Of a DNA stretch of 64,000 bases, positions 1-12,769 are shown piece by piece. The notes under the pieces are model-generated. The model was given only the letters and a program-made list of their open reading frames with translations, made no database searches and was not told the origin of the DNA. The stretch lies in NCBI RefSeq assembly GCF_004010195.1, contig NC_057718.1:15120809-15184808 (forward strand). Reading direction: 5' to 3'. How positions within the stretch are numbered: the first letter of the stretch is position 1; every line of letters starts with the position of its first letter. Origin of the DNA: Chiloscyllium plagiosum. Its lineage: Eukaryota. Both the position numbers and the translations under genes were made by a program.

Positions 1-290
1 GGAATAGATAGAGTAGACAGTCAGAGACTTTTTCCCCGGGTACAACAGAGGGGACATAAATTTTAGGTGAAGGGTGGGAGGTATCGGGGGATGTCAGGGG
101 TAGGTTCTTTACCCAGAGAGTGGTGGGGGCATGGAATATGCTGCCTGTGGGAGTGGCAGAGTCAGAATCATTGGTGACCTTTAAGCGGCAATTGGATAGG
201 TACACGGATAGATGCTTAAGCTAGGACAAATGTTCGGCACAACATCTTGGGCCGAAGGGCCTGTTCTGTGCTGTATTGTTCTATGTTCTA
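1..290 (+). mobile_element. CR1-clade LINE 3' end (end of ORF2, 3'UTR, ttctatg tail)
   Basis: ttctttacccagagagtggtg (FFTQRVV), gggccgaagggcctgttctgtgctgta, tail ttctatgttcta. Confidence 0.85.
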
Positions 291-2270
291 AGCTATGAAC
301 CTGTACTCTTTGTTCACCAACATTCTCCAGGACCTTACCATTAAGTGCTAAGCCCTGCTCTGATTTGCTTTCCCAAAATGCAGCACCTCACATTTATCTA
401 AATTAAATTCCACCTGCCACTCCTCAGCCCATTGGCCCATCTGATCAAGATCCTGTTGTAATCTGAGGTAGCCTTCTTCACTGTCCACTACACCTCCAAC
501 TTTGGTGTCATCTGCAAACTTACTAATTATATCTCTTATGCTCACATCCAAATCACTTACATAAATGATGAAAAGCAGTGGACTCAGCATCGATCCTTGT
601 GGCACACCACTGGTCACAGCCTCTAGTCTGAAAAGCAACCCTCCACCATCACCCTCTATCTTCTACCTTCAAGCTAATTCTGTATCTAAATGGCTAGTTC
701 TCCCTGAATTCCGTGAGATCTAACCTAGCTAACCAGTCTCCCATGGGGAACCTTGTCGAACACCTTATTGAAGTTCATATAGATCATGTCCACCACTCTG
801 CCCTCATCAACCTTCTTTGCTACTTCTTCAAAAAATTCAATGAGACATGATTTCCCACACACAAAGCCATGTTGACTATCCCTAATCAGTCCTTGCCTTT
901 CCAAATACATGTAAATCCTGTCCCCCAGCATTTCCTCCAACAAGTTGCCCGCCACAGACGTCAGGCTCACTGGTCTATAGTTATCTGGCTTTTCTTTACC
1001 ACATTTCTTAAATAGTGGCACCAAGTTAGCCAATTCCCACAGTCTGGGGATTTATCCACTTTTATGCATTGCAAGACATCCAGCACCTCCTCCTCTGTAA
1101 TATGGATATGTTTCAAGATGTCACCATTGATTTCCTCACATTCTGTATTTTCCATGTCGTTCTCCACAGTAAACGCTAATGCAAAATACAATTTAGTATC
1201 ACCCTGAGGCTCCTCACATAGGCTGCCTTGTTGATCCTTGAGGGACCCTGTACTCTCCCTTGTTACCCTTTTGTCCTTAATGCATTTATAAAAACCCTTT
1301 GGATTCTCCTTAACCCTATTCACCAAAGCTATCTCATGTCTTCTTTTTGCCCTCATGATTTCCCTCTTAAGTATACTCCTACTGCCTTTATACTCTAAGG
1401 ATTCACTTGATCTCTCCTGTCTATAACTGACATATGCTTCCTTTTTTTTTACCAAAAACTCAATTTCTCTAGTCACCCAGCATTCCCTACACTTACCAGC
1501 CTTTCCTGTCATCCTAACAAGAATATACTGTCTCTGAACTCTTGTTATCTTATTTTTGAAGGTTTCCCATTTTCCAGCCACCTGTTTCCTGTGAACATCT
1601 GTCCCCAATCAGCTTTTGAAAGTTCTTGCCTAATACCGCCAAAATTGGCCTTCCTCCAATTTAGAACTTCAACTTTTAGACCCAGGTCCTTTTCAATCAC
1701 TATTCATCATGGGCAGCATTATGGCTCAGTATGGGTGGCACAGTGGTTCAGCGGTTAGCACTGCTACCTCACAGTGCCAGGGACCCAGGTTCAATTCCAG
1801 CTCCAGGCAACTGCCTGTGCAGAGTTTGTACATTCTCTCCGTCTCTGCATGGATTTCCTCCGGTTTCCTCCCACAATTCAAAGATGTGCATGTGAGGTGA
1901 ATTGGCCATGCCAAATTGCACACCGTGTTCAGGGATGTGTAGGTTAGGTGCATTAGTCAGGGGTAAAGGTAGGGGAATGAAGCTGCATGGGTTGCTCTTT
2001 GGCGGTTCGGTGTGGACGTGTTGAGCCGAAGGGCCTGTATTACACTGTAGGGACTCTTTGATACCCATGATATTTTAAAACTAATAGAATTACGATCGCT
2101 GGCTCCAAAGTGCTACCCCACTGACACCTCAGTTACCTGCCCTGCTTTATTTCCTAAGAGAAGATCAAGTGTTGCACCTTCTCTAGTAGATACATCCACA
2201 TACTGATTCAGAAAATTTTCTTGTACACACTTAACAAATTTCTCTCCATCTGAACCCTTAACACTACAGC
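291..2270 (-). mobile_element. Decayed CR1-clade LINE ORF2 fragment (linker and RT), interrupted by a SINE
   Basis: Minus-strand ORFs give GVPQGSMLSPLLF, KFADDTK, NYRPVSLTS, QHGF and DKSP motifs with frameshifts. Confidence 0.9.
1711..2070 (+). mobile_element. HE1-type tRNA-derived V-SINE with a duplicated head
   Basis: A-box tggttcagcgg, B-box ggttcaattcc, V-domain gagtttgtacattctc...aaagatgtgca, LINE-shared tail ccgaagggcctgt; the host LINE resumes after a duplicated tatt. Confidence 0.9.
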
Positions 2271-2890
2271 ACATTCAGGCAATTGCTCTGTCAGTAAAAG
2301 AACTGAAACATTCATCTGTGTTCGTTTGGGAAAGGGTTAATGTGGCTTAGTTCTACCATCATCAGTGATGTATTGCTATGGGAGACTAGATTTAAAAAAA
2401 ACCCATCATATCCTTGCAGAATATCCAAAACTAAAAAGAAAAGCTATGGGCTATTGGCCTAGGGCTAAAATTTGTCAAAATTCACTCTCAGATGAACCGT
2501 AGAGTTACAATGTGACAGCAAGGGATTAAGATAGCACAATTCATAAGAATATTCAAACTAACATTTGTGGTTGATGTACCTGATGCACCACACTTGGCAA
2601 ACCCATGAAACTATGCTGCTGGATGGTAACATACTTAAATGAACCTGCCGATGCCATCAGGTTACTGCCAGGAAAGGTAGGACAGCTAAGAAGGTAGTAC
2701 AGGAGTCTCCTGTGGCTATCCCCATGTCAAACAAGTATCTTGTTTTGGATAATGTCAGGGGTGATGGTCTCTCAGGGGAATATAGCACTGAAAGCCAGGT
2801 TTCTGGTACTGAGACTGGCTCCACTGTAATGAGGGGTATGTCAGGTTCCAAGCGATTGCTCGTAATAGGGGACTCTCTAGTCAGAGGCTT

Positions 2891-3000
2891 GGAGATAGTG
2901 AGGATTGCAGACACTGGAACGTCAAAATCGATAAAAGCACAGCAGGTCAAGCAGCACAGGAGCAGGAGAGTCGATGTTTGGGCACGATCCTTCAACAGAA
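2891..3000 (-). mobile_element. Degenerate PLE family-A terminal repeat
   Basis: aaaagcacagcaggtcaagcagca...ggagcaggagagtcga is the reverse complement of the repeat at 6980-7109. Confidence 0.75.
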
Positions 3001-3537
3001 GTCAGATCTTCACTAAAACTTTAAAGGATATTCCTCAGATAACATCCAGTAAAGTTACATGGGTGGAATTGAGAAATAGGAAAGCGATGATCACCTTATT
3101 GGGATTGTACTATATGGGATTGAGAAGCAAATATTTAAGGAGATCTCAGTTATCTGTAAGAATAGTAAGGTTGTAATGGTAGGGGAATTTAAACTTTCAA
3201 ACATAGACTGGGACTACCACAGCATAAAGGGCTTGGATGGACAGGAATTTGTTAAGTATGTACAAGAAAATTTTAGGTTTAATCAGCTGGGATCGAGTGA
3301 ATCCTTCAAGGGGTATAAAGGCAGCTAGTGTATACTTAAGAGGGAAATCATGAGGGCAAAAAGGAGACATGAGATAGTTTTGGCAAATATAGACCGGTGA
3401 GCCTGACATCAGTGGCAGGTAAGTTGCTGGAGAGGATTCTGACGGACAGGATTCACATATATTTGGAAAAGCAAGGATTGATTAGGGAGAATCAACACAG
3501 CTTCATGCTTGGGAAATCATGTCTCACTAACTTGATT

Positions 3538-3811
3538 AACTCTATCAACAAACACATCGAGTTAGACCCCATCTACCATTCCCTGAGAAAAAGAACTGGA
3601 AGTAACATCACCACAGAAAATGACATTACCAACCCAAAGAAACCAAAACATATAAATGGAAAGCAGGAATCATGTACAGTGCTTTGCCTGAGGCCCACTG
3701 AAGATGTTACCTAGTAGGGTGACGAAACGTCTGGAAATGAACCTTCCAGCTCAGCGAGCAAACCTACTTTCAGAACCTCAACCTGAGCTACAAATCTTCT
3801 CAAAACTCACT
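3538..3811 (+). mobile_element. PLE family-C 3' fragment (ORF C-terminus plus terminal repeat with hammerhead)
   Basis: SINKHIELDPIY-type C-terminus; interrupts CR1 RT between two copies of ttgatt. Confidence 0.75.
3695..3734 (+). ncRNA. Minimal type-I hammerhead ribozyme (family C), intact core
   Basis: cca-CTGAAGA-t-gttacc-tagtag-ggtgac-GAAA-cgTC-tgg: 3-bp helix I, 6-bp helix II, palindromic ACGT replacing helix III. Confidence 0.8.
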
Positions 3812-4436
3812 TTGATTGAGCTTTTTCGAAGAAGCCAATAAGATGATTGACCAAGGCAGAGCTGTAGATGTTGTCAATATAGACTTCAGCAAGGTCATTG
3901 ATAAGTTACCTCATGGGAGACTGGTTAGTAAGGTTAGATCACATTGAATCCAGAGAGAGGTAGCCAATTAGATAAAAAATTGGGTTGAAGGTAGGAGACA
4001 GAAGGTAGTGGTGGCTGCTTTTCAGACTGGAGGCCTGTGACCAGCGGTATGCAACAAGGATCAGTGCTGGGTCCACTGCGTTTCATCAATTATATAAATG
4101 ACATGGATGTGAATGTAGGAGGAATGGCTAAGTTTGCAGAATGGTGTCATGGACAGCGAAGAGGGTTATCCCAGAGTACAATGGGACATTGATCAGTTGG
4201 GCCAAACGCCGAGGAGTAGCAGATGGAGTTTAATTCAGATAAATGTGATGTACTGCATTTTGGAAAGGCAAATCAGTGTCTGACTCATACAATAAATGGA
4301 GTGTTGCTGAACAAAGGACCTATGGGTGAGGGCACAGCGTTCCTTGAAAGTGGATTCACAGGTAGACTCGGTGGTGAAGGAGACATTTGGCACACTTGCC
4401 TTCATTGGTCAGTGTATTGAGTATAGGAGTTGAGAT

Positions 4437-4564
4437 TCCTGAAGAAAGGCTCATGCCTGAAACGTCAATTCTCCTGCTCCTTGGATGCTGCCTGACCTGC
4501 TGCGCTTTTCCAGCAATACATTTTCAGCTCCGATCTCCAGCATCTGCAGACCTCACTTTCTCCC
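4437..4564 (+). mobile_element. Solo PLE family-A terminal repeat with hammerhead core
   Basis: cctgaagaaaggctcatgcctgaaacgtc; TSD agtataggagtt(g/c)agat at 4420-4436 and 4565-4581. Confidence 0.9.
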
Positions 4565-5414
4565 AGTATAGGAGTTCAGATGACATGTTGTGGCTGTACA
4601 GGACATTGGTGAAACCACTTTTAAAATACTGTGTTCAATTCTGGTCTCCCTGTTATAGGAAATATGTTGTGATACTTCAGAGTTCAGAAAGAATTTACAA
4701 AGTTGTTGGCAGGGTTTGAAGGTTGGAGCAAGAAGGAGAGGCTGAATAGGTTGGGATGTTTCACCCTAGAGCATCAAAATCACGAGGGGCATGGATAGAG
4801 TGAATAGCCAAAGTCTTTTTTCCCAGGGTATGGGAGTCCAGAACTAGAGGGCACAGGTTTAGGGTGAGAGGGGAAAGATTTAAAAAGGACAACTTTTTCA
4901 CACAGAGGGTGGTGTGTGTATGTAATGAACTGCCAGAGGAAGTGGTGGATGCAGATACAATTTAAAAGGCATTTGATGCATACACGAATAGGAAGGGTTT
5001 AGAGGGATACGGGTCAAATGCTAGCAAATGGAACTAGATCAGTTTAGGATATCTGGTTAGCATAGATGAATTGGACCAAAGATTCTGTTTCCATGCTATA
5101 CACCTCTGTAATGCCATCTCTTTTTCAGTCTCTATTAAGCATCCATCAGATGTCAGCCTAGGTTTGGTGCTCACATCCCAGAAGCAACACTTTGAGCTCA
5201 CAACATAAAATGCCAAAAACATGGACATTTGACACATCTGTCATACACACACACACACAGACACACACATCAGAAGGTTTCTCCTCAATCCTCTTTTCTT
5301 AGAATGCTTTCACTGATTTGCAAAAGGCACAGGGTGGCTGGTTCACAAATGAAAGTTTCTGACTATCCAATTCAATTCAAAGTTATAAACAACAGCGTCT
5401 ACTGACGGGAAGAT

Positions 5415-5765
5415 GAAAGCATGGATAGGGTGAATACATTTAGTCTTTTTCCCACAGTTGGGGAATCAGGGACTAGAGGGCATCTATGAATGGTTACGGG
5501 AAAGAATAAAAGGGAACCCTAAGGGGCAACGTTTTCACATAGAAGGTTATATGCACGTGGAATGAGCTGCTAGCTGAAGTACTTGAGGCAGGTACATTAA
5601 CAACATTTATAAAGCATTTGGACAAATACATGGATAGGAAAGGCTTAGAAGGATATGAGCCAAGAGCAGAGAAATGGGGTTAGCATGGACGGACATTTTG
5701 ATCGATATGGATCAGTTTGGGCCAAAGGGCCTGTCTCCCTGCTGTAGGACTCTATGACTCTATAA
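5415..5765 (+). mobile_element. CR1-clade LINE 3' end
   Basis: gactagagggcat, tggaatgagctgc, aagggcctgtctccctgctgta, (actctatg) tail. Confidence 0.8.
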
Positions 5766-5875
5766 GTTGGTTTTCTTTCACATTAAAATGGTTCACTCCA
5801 GAGAACAGATAGTGTGTTTTTAGGGGCTGCAGATCTGCTTGTTTCTCTTCTGGTTTGACTAGCTTCTGTGTCTTG

Positions 5876-7109
5876 ATTAGAGAAAAAAAAGCATCATCCA
5901 CCGACATTTCCGAAAAAAATACATCATCCGCCAACATTTCTGAAAAAAAAACCTCTTCCCACTCTATCTCCTGCAAAAATGCCGTCCCGTTTTCCCAATT
6001 CCTCCGTCTCTGCCGTATCTGCTCCCAGGAGGACCAGTTCCTTCTTTAAAGACCGTAATTTCCCTTCCCACTTGGTTGAAGATGCCCTCCAACGCATCTC
6101 ATCCACATCCCACACCTCCGCTCTCAAACCCCACCCCTCCAACTGCAACAAGGAGAGAACTGGTTCTCACCTTCCACCCTACCAACCTCCACATAAACCG
6201 CATCATCCACCAACACTTCCGCCACCTCCAAATGGACCCCACTACCAGGAATATATTTCCATCCCCACCCCTTTCTGCTTTCCGCAAAGACCGTTTCCGC
6301 CATGATTGTCAGGTCCATGCCCCCCAATAACCCACCCTCCCCTCCTGGCACCTTCCCCTGCCACCGCAGGAATTGCAAAACCTGCACCTACACCTCCTCC
6401 CTCACCTCTATCCAAGGCCCTAAAGGAGCCTTCCACATCCAAAGTTTCACCTGCACATCCACCAATGTCATTTATTGTATCCGTTGCTCCCGATACGGTC
6501 TCCTTTACATCGGGGAGACTGGACGCCTTCCCGCAGAGCGCTTTAGGGAACATCTCTGGGACACCCGCAACAATCAGCCCCACTGCCCCGTGGCCCAACA
6601 TTTCAACTCCCCTCCCACTCTGCCAAGGACATGCAGGTCCTGAGCCTCCACCACCGCCACTCCCTCACCACCCTACGCCTGCAGGAGGAACGCCTCATCT
6701 TCTGTCTCGGAACACTTCAACCCCAGGGCATCAATGTGGACCACCAGTTTCCTCACTTCCCCTCCCCCCACCTTATCCCAGTTCCAACCTTCCAGCTCAG
6801 CACCATACTCATCACCTGTCCTAACTGCCAGCTTTCCTTCCCACCTATCCGCTCCACCCTCCTCTCCGACCTGTCACCTTCATCCCCACCACCATCCACC
6901 TATTGTACTCTTGGCTACCTTCTCCCCAGCCCCACCCCCACATCTATTTATCTCTCCATCCCGGAGGCTTCCTGCCTCATTCCTGATGAAGGGCTTTTGC
7001 TCAAAACGTCAATTTTCCTGCTCCTCGGATGCTGCCTGACCTGCTGTGCTTTTCCAGCACTACTCTAATCTTGACTCTGATCTCCAGCATCTGCAGTCTT
7101 CACTTTTGC
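5876..7109 (+). mobile_element. 5'-truncated Penelope-like element, family A: RT thumb, GIY-YIG endonuclease pseudogene, terminal repeat
   Basis: PFSQFLRLCRICS; PCHRRNCKTC; NVIYCIRCSRYGLLYIGETGR..RFREH; GTLQPQGIN; TSD ctagcttctgtgtcttg at 5859-5875 and 7110-7126. Confidence 0.92.
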
Positions 7110-8287
7110 CTAGCTTCTGTGTCTTGGTCACGGCCCAAGCAGTTCATTTTCCTGACAACCAATCATCTGCAGGGAAAGGGCCTTCGTCATTGATAACTAG
7201 TCCTTAGTCCACAAACCAATCAGCTTTGCTTGTAAACAACCTCTTGATTCCAGTTCACCTGCTAGAACCCACAACTCCACAGAGTTCAGAAAAGGTATCA
7301 AATAATTTATTTCCAAAGCATGCAGCTATCCTTGTAAATTCCTGGGTTTCAACACATTTCAGTTCACTGTTTCAAAAAAGCACAAAGATAAAAATGATAT
7401 GGGCTTAACAAAACTTTTCTAATTGCAGTCTGAAGTACGTAAATTTAAACAGGGTGCTTGTGTAACATGGCTTTGCATTCTTTCTTTGTTTGGAGCAGTT
7501 AGTTCTTTCCCCAACTCAGGATAGGGGAGCAAGTTCATATCCTGAAGTAGCTACATCAATGTCAGCTACTGATGACCCCAAGTTGACATTTGTAACTCTT
7601 AGAGAAGCAGGGTAGAAGAAATGCCCTCCGCTGTGGTGAGCTTGGTGTTTCAGGGCAAATAACAAGTGCAAGAGTCGCACGAGGGACCCTGCTACCTTCC
7701 TGACCCCTACCATAATGAAGCCTCCAATAGGAAGGTTTGTGGATGACCTCCCAACTCCAATACCATCTGAGGGTCTTAAAAAGGGAAGTAATGCCTGTTT
7801 CACATCCGCATCCCACGGAAATAAATCCTGATGTATCTACTTCCTGATGTACCTACTTATGGGATTCCCAGGGCAGGTTTCCTCATTCAAAGGCACTCAC
7901 TACCGGATCAAACAAGCAGCATTGGGAAGGTGGGGCCCAGTTAGAGCCACCTCCTTCCCCTGCTGCTGACACCACTTCCCAAGCACCCCTACCAAGGTGA
8001 CACTCAATCCACCACTTACTCTGAATGTGCCCACATCAATCCTAGCAATTGCAGTGCTGACAGCAGTCACTGCCTCCCTGGTAGTACTGTAAGTCAATTA
8101 ACCCTCTGATCTTTTGACACGGGGAGTGGGGGAGGGGTGCTCCTTGATCCCAAAGATGATCCACCTCACCAACCACCTTGTGCAGCTGGCAATTGTGAAC
8201 GGTGATGACAGGACTCAGGTCAGACCCCATCACCTCCATTAGAAATTTCCCATACTTGCCACACCCTTTCTATGGGAGAAACTAACT

Positions 8288-8580
8288 TAAGACCATCAGA
8301 CATTAGGCCATTCAGCCTGTCGAGTCTGCTCCACCATTCAATCATAACTGATAAGTTTCTCAACCCCATTCTCCTGCTTTCTCCCCATAATCCTCAATCC
8401 CATTGACACTCAAGAACCTATCAATGACCTGGCCTCCACAGCCTTCTGTGGTAATGAATTCCATTGACTTACCACTCTCTGACTGAAGAAGTTTCTCCTT
8501 ATCTCCACTTTAAAAGGTCTTCCCCTTTACTCTCTGGCTGTGCCCTCAGGTCCTAGTCTCTCCCACCAATGGAAACAATG
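8288..8580 (-). mobile_element. CR1-clade LINE 3' end
   Basis: gaagaagtttctccttatctc (reverse of RRNFF), ccattcaatcata, taagacca tail. Confidence 0.8.
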
Positions 8581-10205
8581 TCAAGCACATCAGATAAAGG
8601 GATGACAATGAGAAGAGGGGCGGTCAATACAGGACTAAAGATGCTGCATCTAAATTCATGCAGTACATGAAGTAAAGTTGTGGCGCAGATTGAAATTGCC
8701 AGGTATGATATGATGGGCATCATGGAGACGTGGCTGCAAGGGGATCAGGGCTGGGAGTTAAATATCCAAGGATATATATCCTATTGAAAAGGCAGGCAGG
8801 TGGGCTGAGGGGGTGGGGTTGCCTTTTTAGTAAGAAAGGCAATTAAATCAATAGCAAGAAACGACATAGGGTCAGATGATTTCAAATTTGTGTGGACAGA
8901 GTTAAGGAACGGCAAAGGTGAAAAAAACCATAATGGGAGTTATGTACAAGCCTCCAAACAGTAGTAAGGATGTGGGGCACAAGATAAACCATGAGATAGA
9001 AATGGCGTGTAAGAAAGGCAAGGTTACAGTGATCATGGGGCATTTCAATATGCAGATGGAATGGGAAAATCAGGTTGATAGTGGATCGCAAGAAAATAAG
9101 ATTGTGGAGTGTCTACGAGATGGCTTCTTGGAGCAGCATGTGGTGGGGCCCACTAGGGAGCAGGCAATACTGGATTTAGTGTTGTGTAATGAGGCAGACC
9201 TGATAAGGGAGGTTAAGGTGAAGGAACCCTCAGGAGGCAGTGATCATAATACGATAGAATTGACTCTGCAAATTGAGGGGGAGAAGCTGAAATCAGATGT
9301 AAATGTATTACAGAGGCATGAGGGAGGAGCTGGCCAGAAACAGACTGGGAGTGGAGCCTAGCAGAAAAGACAGTGGAACAGCAATGGCAATTTGGGAGAG
9401 TAATTTGGGAGACACAAAGCAAAAAGTCATCCCTCGAGAAGAGCAGCATCCTAAAGAGAGGACAAGACAAGCATGGCTGACAAGGGACGTCAGGGACAGC
9501 ATAAAAGGAAAAGAAAAGCATATAACGCGTCAAAGGGCAGTGGGAAGCCAGAAGATTGGGAAATTGACAAAGGACCAACAGCGGACAAATAAAAAAGAAA
9601 CAAGGAGGGAGAAGGTTAAATACGAAACTTTTTTATCTTACTGGCTAGCTTACCTTCGTATTTAATCTTCTCCCTCCTTGTTTCTTTTTTATTTGTCCGC
9701 TGTTGGTCCTTTGTCAATTTCCCAATCCTCTGGCTTCCCACTGCCCTTTGACGCGTTTCTTTAGATATATAATGGGCAAAAGTGGACATGGGGCCACTGG
9801 AAAATGACACTGGAGAAGTAGTAACGGGGAACAAAAATGGCGGAGGAACTGAGCAAGTACTTTGTGTCAGTCTTCACAGTGGAAGACACAAGTAACATCC
9901 CAAAAATTCAACAGAGTCAGGGAGCAGAAGTGAGTATGGTGGCCATCACCAAAGAGGCACAATAAAAACTGAAAGGTGGATAAATCATCTGGACCAGATG
10001 GACTACACCCCAGAGTGCTGAAGGAGATAGCTGAAGAGATAGTGGAGGTGTTAGTGGTGATCTTTCAAGAATCACTGGAGTCAGGAAGGGTCCCAGAGGT
10101 CTGGAAAATCGCTAATGTAACCCACCGTACAAGAAGGTAGTAAGGCAAAAGACAAGAAATTACAGGCCGATTAGCCTGACCTCAGTTGTTGGTAAGATTT
10201 TGGAG

Positions 10206-10389
10206 CCGAGACTGTTGTGCTGGAAAAGCACAGCAGGTCAGGCAGCATCTGAGGAGCAGGAGTATCAACGTTTCGGGCAAAAGCCCTTCATCAGGGCTGC
10301 TCCTTGGGTGCTGCCTGACCTGCTGTGCTTTTCCAACACCACACTCTTGACTATAATCTCCAGCATCTGCAGTCCTCACTTACGCCAAA
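10206..10389. mobile_element. Inverted dimer of PLE family-A terminal repeat; intact hammerhead core on the minus strand (10267-10294)
   Basis: The two arms are reverse complements; TSD gtaagattttggag at 10192-10205 and 10390-10403. Confidence 0.9.
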
Positions 10390-11217
10390 GTAAGATTTTG
10401 GAGTTCATTGTAAGGGATGAGATTTCTGAAAACTTGGAAGTATATGGTAAAACAGGGCAAAGTCAGCATGGTTTCATCAATGGGAGATCATGCCTGACAA
10501 ATCTGTTAGAATTCTTTCAGGAGTTAATAAGTAGGTTAGACCAAGGAGAGCCCAAATGGATGTTATCTATCTGGACTGCCAGAAGGCCTTTGATAAGGTG
10601 CTGCACAGGAGGCTGCTGAGTAGGATAAGGGCTAATGGTATTAGAGGCAGGGTACTAGCATGGATAGAAGACTGGCTGTCTGGCAGAAAGCAGAGAGTGG
10701 GGATAAAAGGATCCTTCTCAGGATGGCAGCTGGTGATCAGAGGTGTTCCGCAAGGGTCTGTGTTGGGATGACAACATTTCACTTTATACATTAATGATCT
10801 AGATGAAGAAACTGAGGGCATTCTGGTTAAGTTTGTGGAGGGACAGGTAGCACTGAGGAGGCAGGGAGGCTGCAGAAGGATTTGGACAGGTTCAAAGACT
10901 GGGCAAAGTAGTGGCAGAGATATACAACCCGGGAAAGTGAGGTCTTTGTTAGGAAGAATAAAGGCATAGACTACTTTCTAAATGGGGAGAAAATTCAGAA
11001 ATCTGAAGTGCAAAGGGACTTGGGAGTCCTTGTTCAGGATTCTCTCAAGATAAACTTGCAGGTTGAGTCAGTAGTTAGGAAGGCAAATGCAATTTTCGCA
11101 TTTATTTTGAAAGGACTAGAATATAAAAGCAGAGATGTACCGCTGAGGCTTTGGAAGACTCTGGTCAGACCACATTTATGACATTATGAGCAATTTGGAT
11201 CGCACACATCAGGAAAG

Positions 11218-11531
11218 ATTAGACTGGATTAGACTCCCTACAGTGTGGAAACAGGCCCTTCGGCCCAACCAGTCCACACCGGCCCTCCGAAGAGTAACCC
11301 ACCCAGACCCATTTCCCTCTGACTAATGCACCTAACACTACGGGCAATTTAGCACGGCCAATCCACCTAACCTGCACATCTTTGGACTGTGGGAGAAAAC
11401 CAGAGCACCCGGAGGAAACCCACGCAGACACGGGGAGAATGTGCAAACTCCACACAGACGGTCACCCAAGGCTGGAATCAAACCTGGTGCTGTAAGGCAG
11501 CAGTGCTAACCACTGAGCCACCGTGCCGCCC
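11218..11531 (-). mobile_element. HE1-type V-SINE, near full length
   Basis: Reverse of gggcggcacggtggctcagtggttagcactgctgcc..., V-domain and tail ccgaagggcctgtttccacactgtaggg. Confidence 0.92.
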
Positions 11532-11627
11532 CAGGATGTACTGCCCTGGAGTGGGTCAAGAGGAGGTTCACGAGAACGATCCAAGGAATGAAAGCCTTAA
11601 CATAAATATTTAAGACAGAGATAGATG

Positions 11628-11705
11628 TGGGGATTGTGGGTCGGTATGGACTTGTTGGACCGAAGGGCCTGTTTCCACACTGTAAGTAATCTAATCTAAT
11701 CTAAT
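11628..11705 (+). mobile_element. HE1/CR1 shared 3' tail fragment with (ctaat)n
   Basis: gaccgaagggcctgtttccacactgtaagtaatctaatctaatctaat. Confidence 0.75.
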
Positions 11706-12227
11706 AGATCAAAGGTATGGGGGGATGAGTTTGAGAAACTCATCAGCCATGACTGAATGGTAGAGTAAACTCAATGGGTCAACTGGCCTAATGCCTGCTC
11801 CTATGCCTTACGGTCTTCTAGTTTCATTCCATCAGCTAGCAAATTTTAGAGTGTGGCTGTATATTTAGGGGAACTGGTAAACAGAAGATAAATTGTTCTC
11901 CCTCTACATGGGGAGAAGGTACAACCAAGAGGGAATCATCTCACGTCATAGATTAAGCAACAATTGGGTAAGGCCTGAACTCAAACTATGATTTAAATAT
12001 TTGAAGTTCCAATTGTGAAAATAGTTTTTCCAGAATAATTTTGAAGATTTCAGCTTTCAATGTTTATCAAGGAAAGAGATGTTTCATCAACAATGTAAAT
12101 TCAGCCATTGGACTGCAAATCTAAACATGCATCATGCAAGATCCTTTCATCACTGATTGGACAATCATTATAGTTTTGAAAGCAAGATTGTCAGGTAGGT
12201 TGTTGGATATTCAGATTGGTGTTCTCA

Positions 12228-12680
12228 GAATTATAGAGATATACAGCACAGAAACGGACCCTCAGTCCAACTCGTCCATGCCAACCAGATATCCTAAATT
12301 AACCTCATCCCATTCGCCAGTATCTGGTCCATATCCCTTGAAACCCTTCCTATTCATGTTACCATGTCGGCGCCCTTTACATGTTGTAATTGTACCTCTG
12401 CCACTTTCTCTGGCGGTTCATCACACACACACACACCCACCCCTTAGGTCCCTTCTATATCTTTCCCCTCTCACCTTTAACCGATGCCCTCTGGTTTTGG
12501 ATTCTCCTACACTGGGAAAAAGATCTTGGCTAATCACCTTATCCATGTCCCTCATGATTTTATCAAGGTTACCCGTCAGCCTCCGCTCCAGGAAAAATAG
12601 CCCCAGCCTATTCAGACGCTTCCTATAACTCAAATCTTCCAGCCTTTCAAGTTTCCTACAGAAGGGAGACCAGAATTGAG
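12228..12680 (-). mobile_element. CR1-clade LINE 3' fragment
   Basis: Minus ORF QFWSP...LNRLGLFFLERR...TRGHRLKVRGE. Confidence 0.85.
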
Positions 12681-12769
12681 CTGTTGAAAGAGAAGGAAAT
12701 TGAACCAGCCGTGTAATCAAATAAGGTCAAGACTGATCTGCCAACTTTTCTATCCTATGCCTCCTTTTA

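Larger units (their letters stand above)
2655..5110 (+). mobile_element. Internally deleted CR1-clade LINE (ORF1 esterase piece, EN piece, RT, 3'UTR) hosting three PLE insertions
   Basis: LLVIGDSLVRG (GDSL-like), WVELRN and LGLYY (APE endonuclease), SLTSVAGKLLE, LYRTLVKPLLKYCVQFWSP, 3' tail. Confidence 0.85.
8600..11818 (+). mobile_element. Decayed CR1-clade LINE ORF2 (APE endonuclease and RT) to 3' end, with nested PLE and SINE
   Basis: GVMYKPPNS, GHFN, PTREQAILDLVL, SDHN; NYRPISLTS; DCQKAFDKV; GVPQGSVLG. Confidence 0.9.

Noticed and set aside
1706..2071. 8-bp inverted match (atcatggg / cccatgat) suggesting DNA-transposon ends around the SINE
   Set aside because: The right side is explained as a decayed (ctatga) SINE tail; too short to support.
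4387..4719. Recurring peptides such as LLLLGCCLTCCAFP and MCCWKSAAGQAAS in many ORFs
   Set aside because: They are translations of the non-coding PLE terminal repeat in various frames, not a protein family.
7530..8270. GC-richer tract, also ~22400-23310, possibly an old repeat or promoter
   Set aside because: No termini, TSD, ORF or motif I can support.
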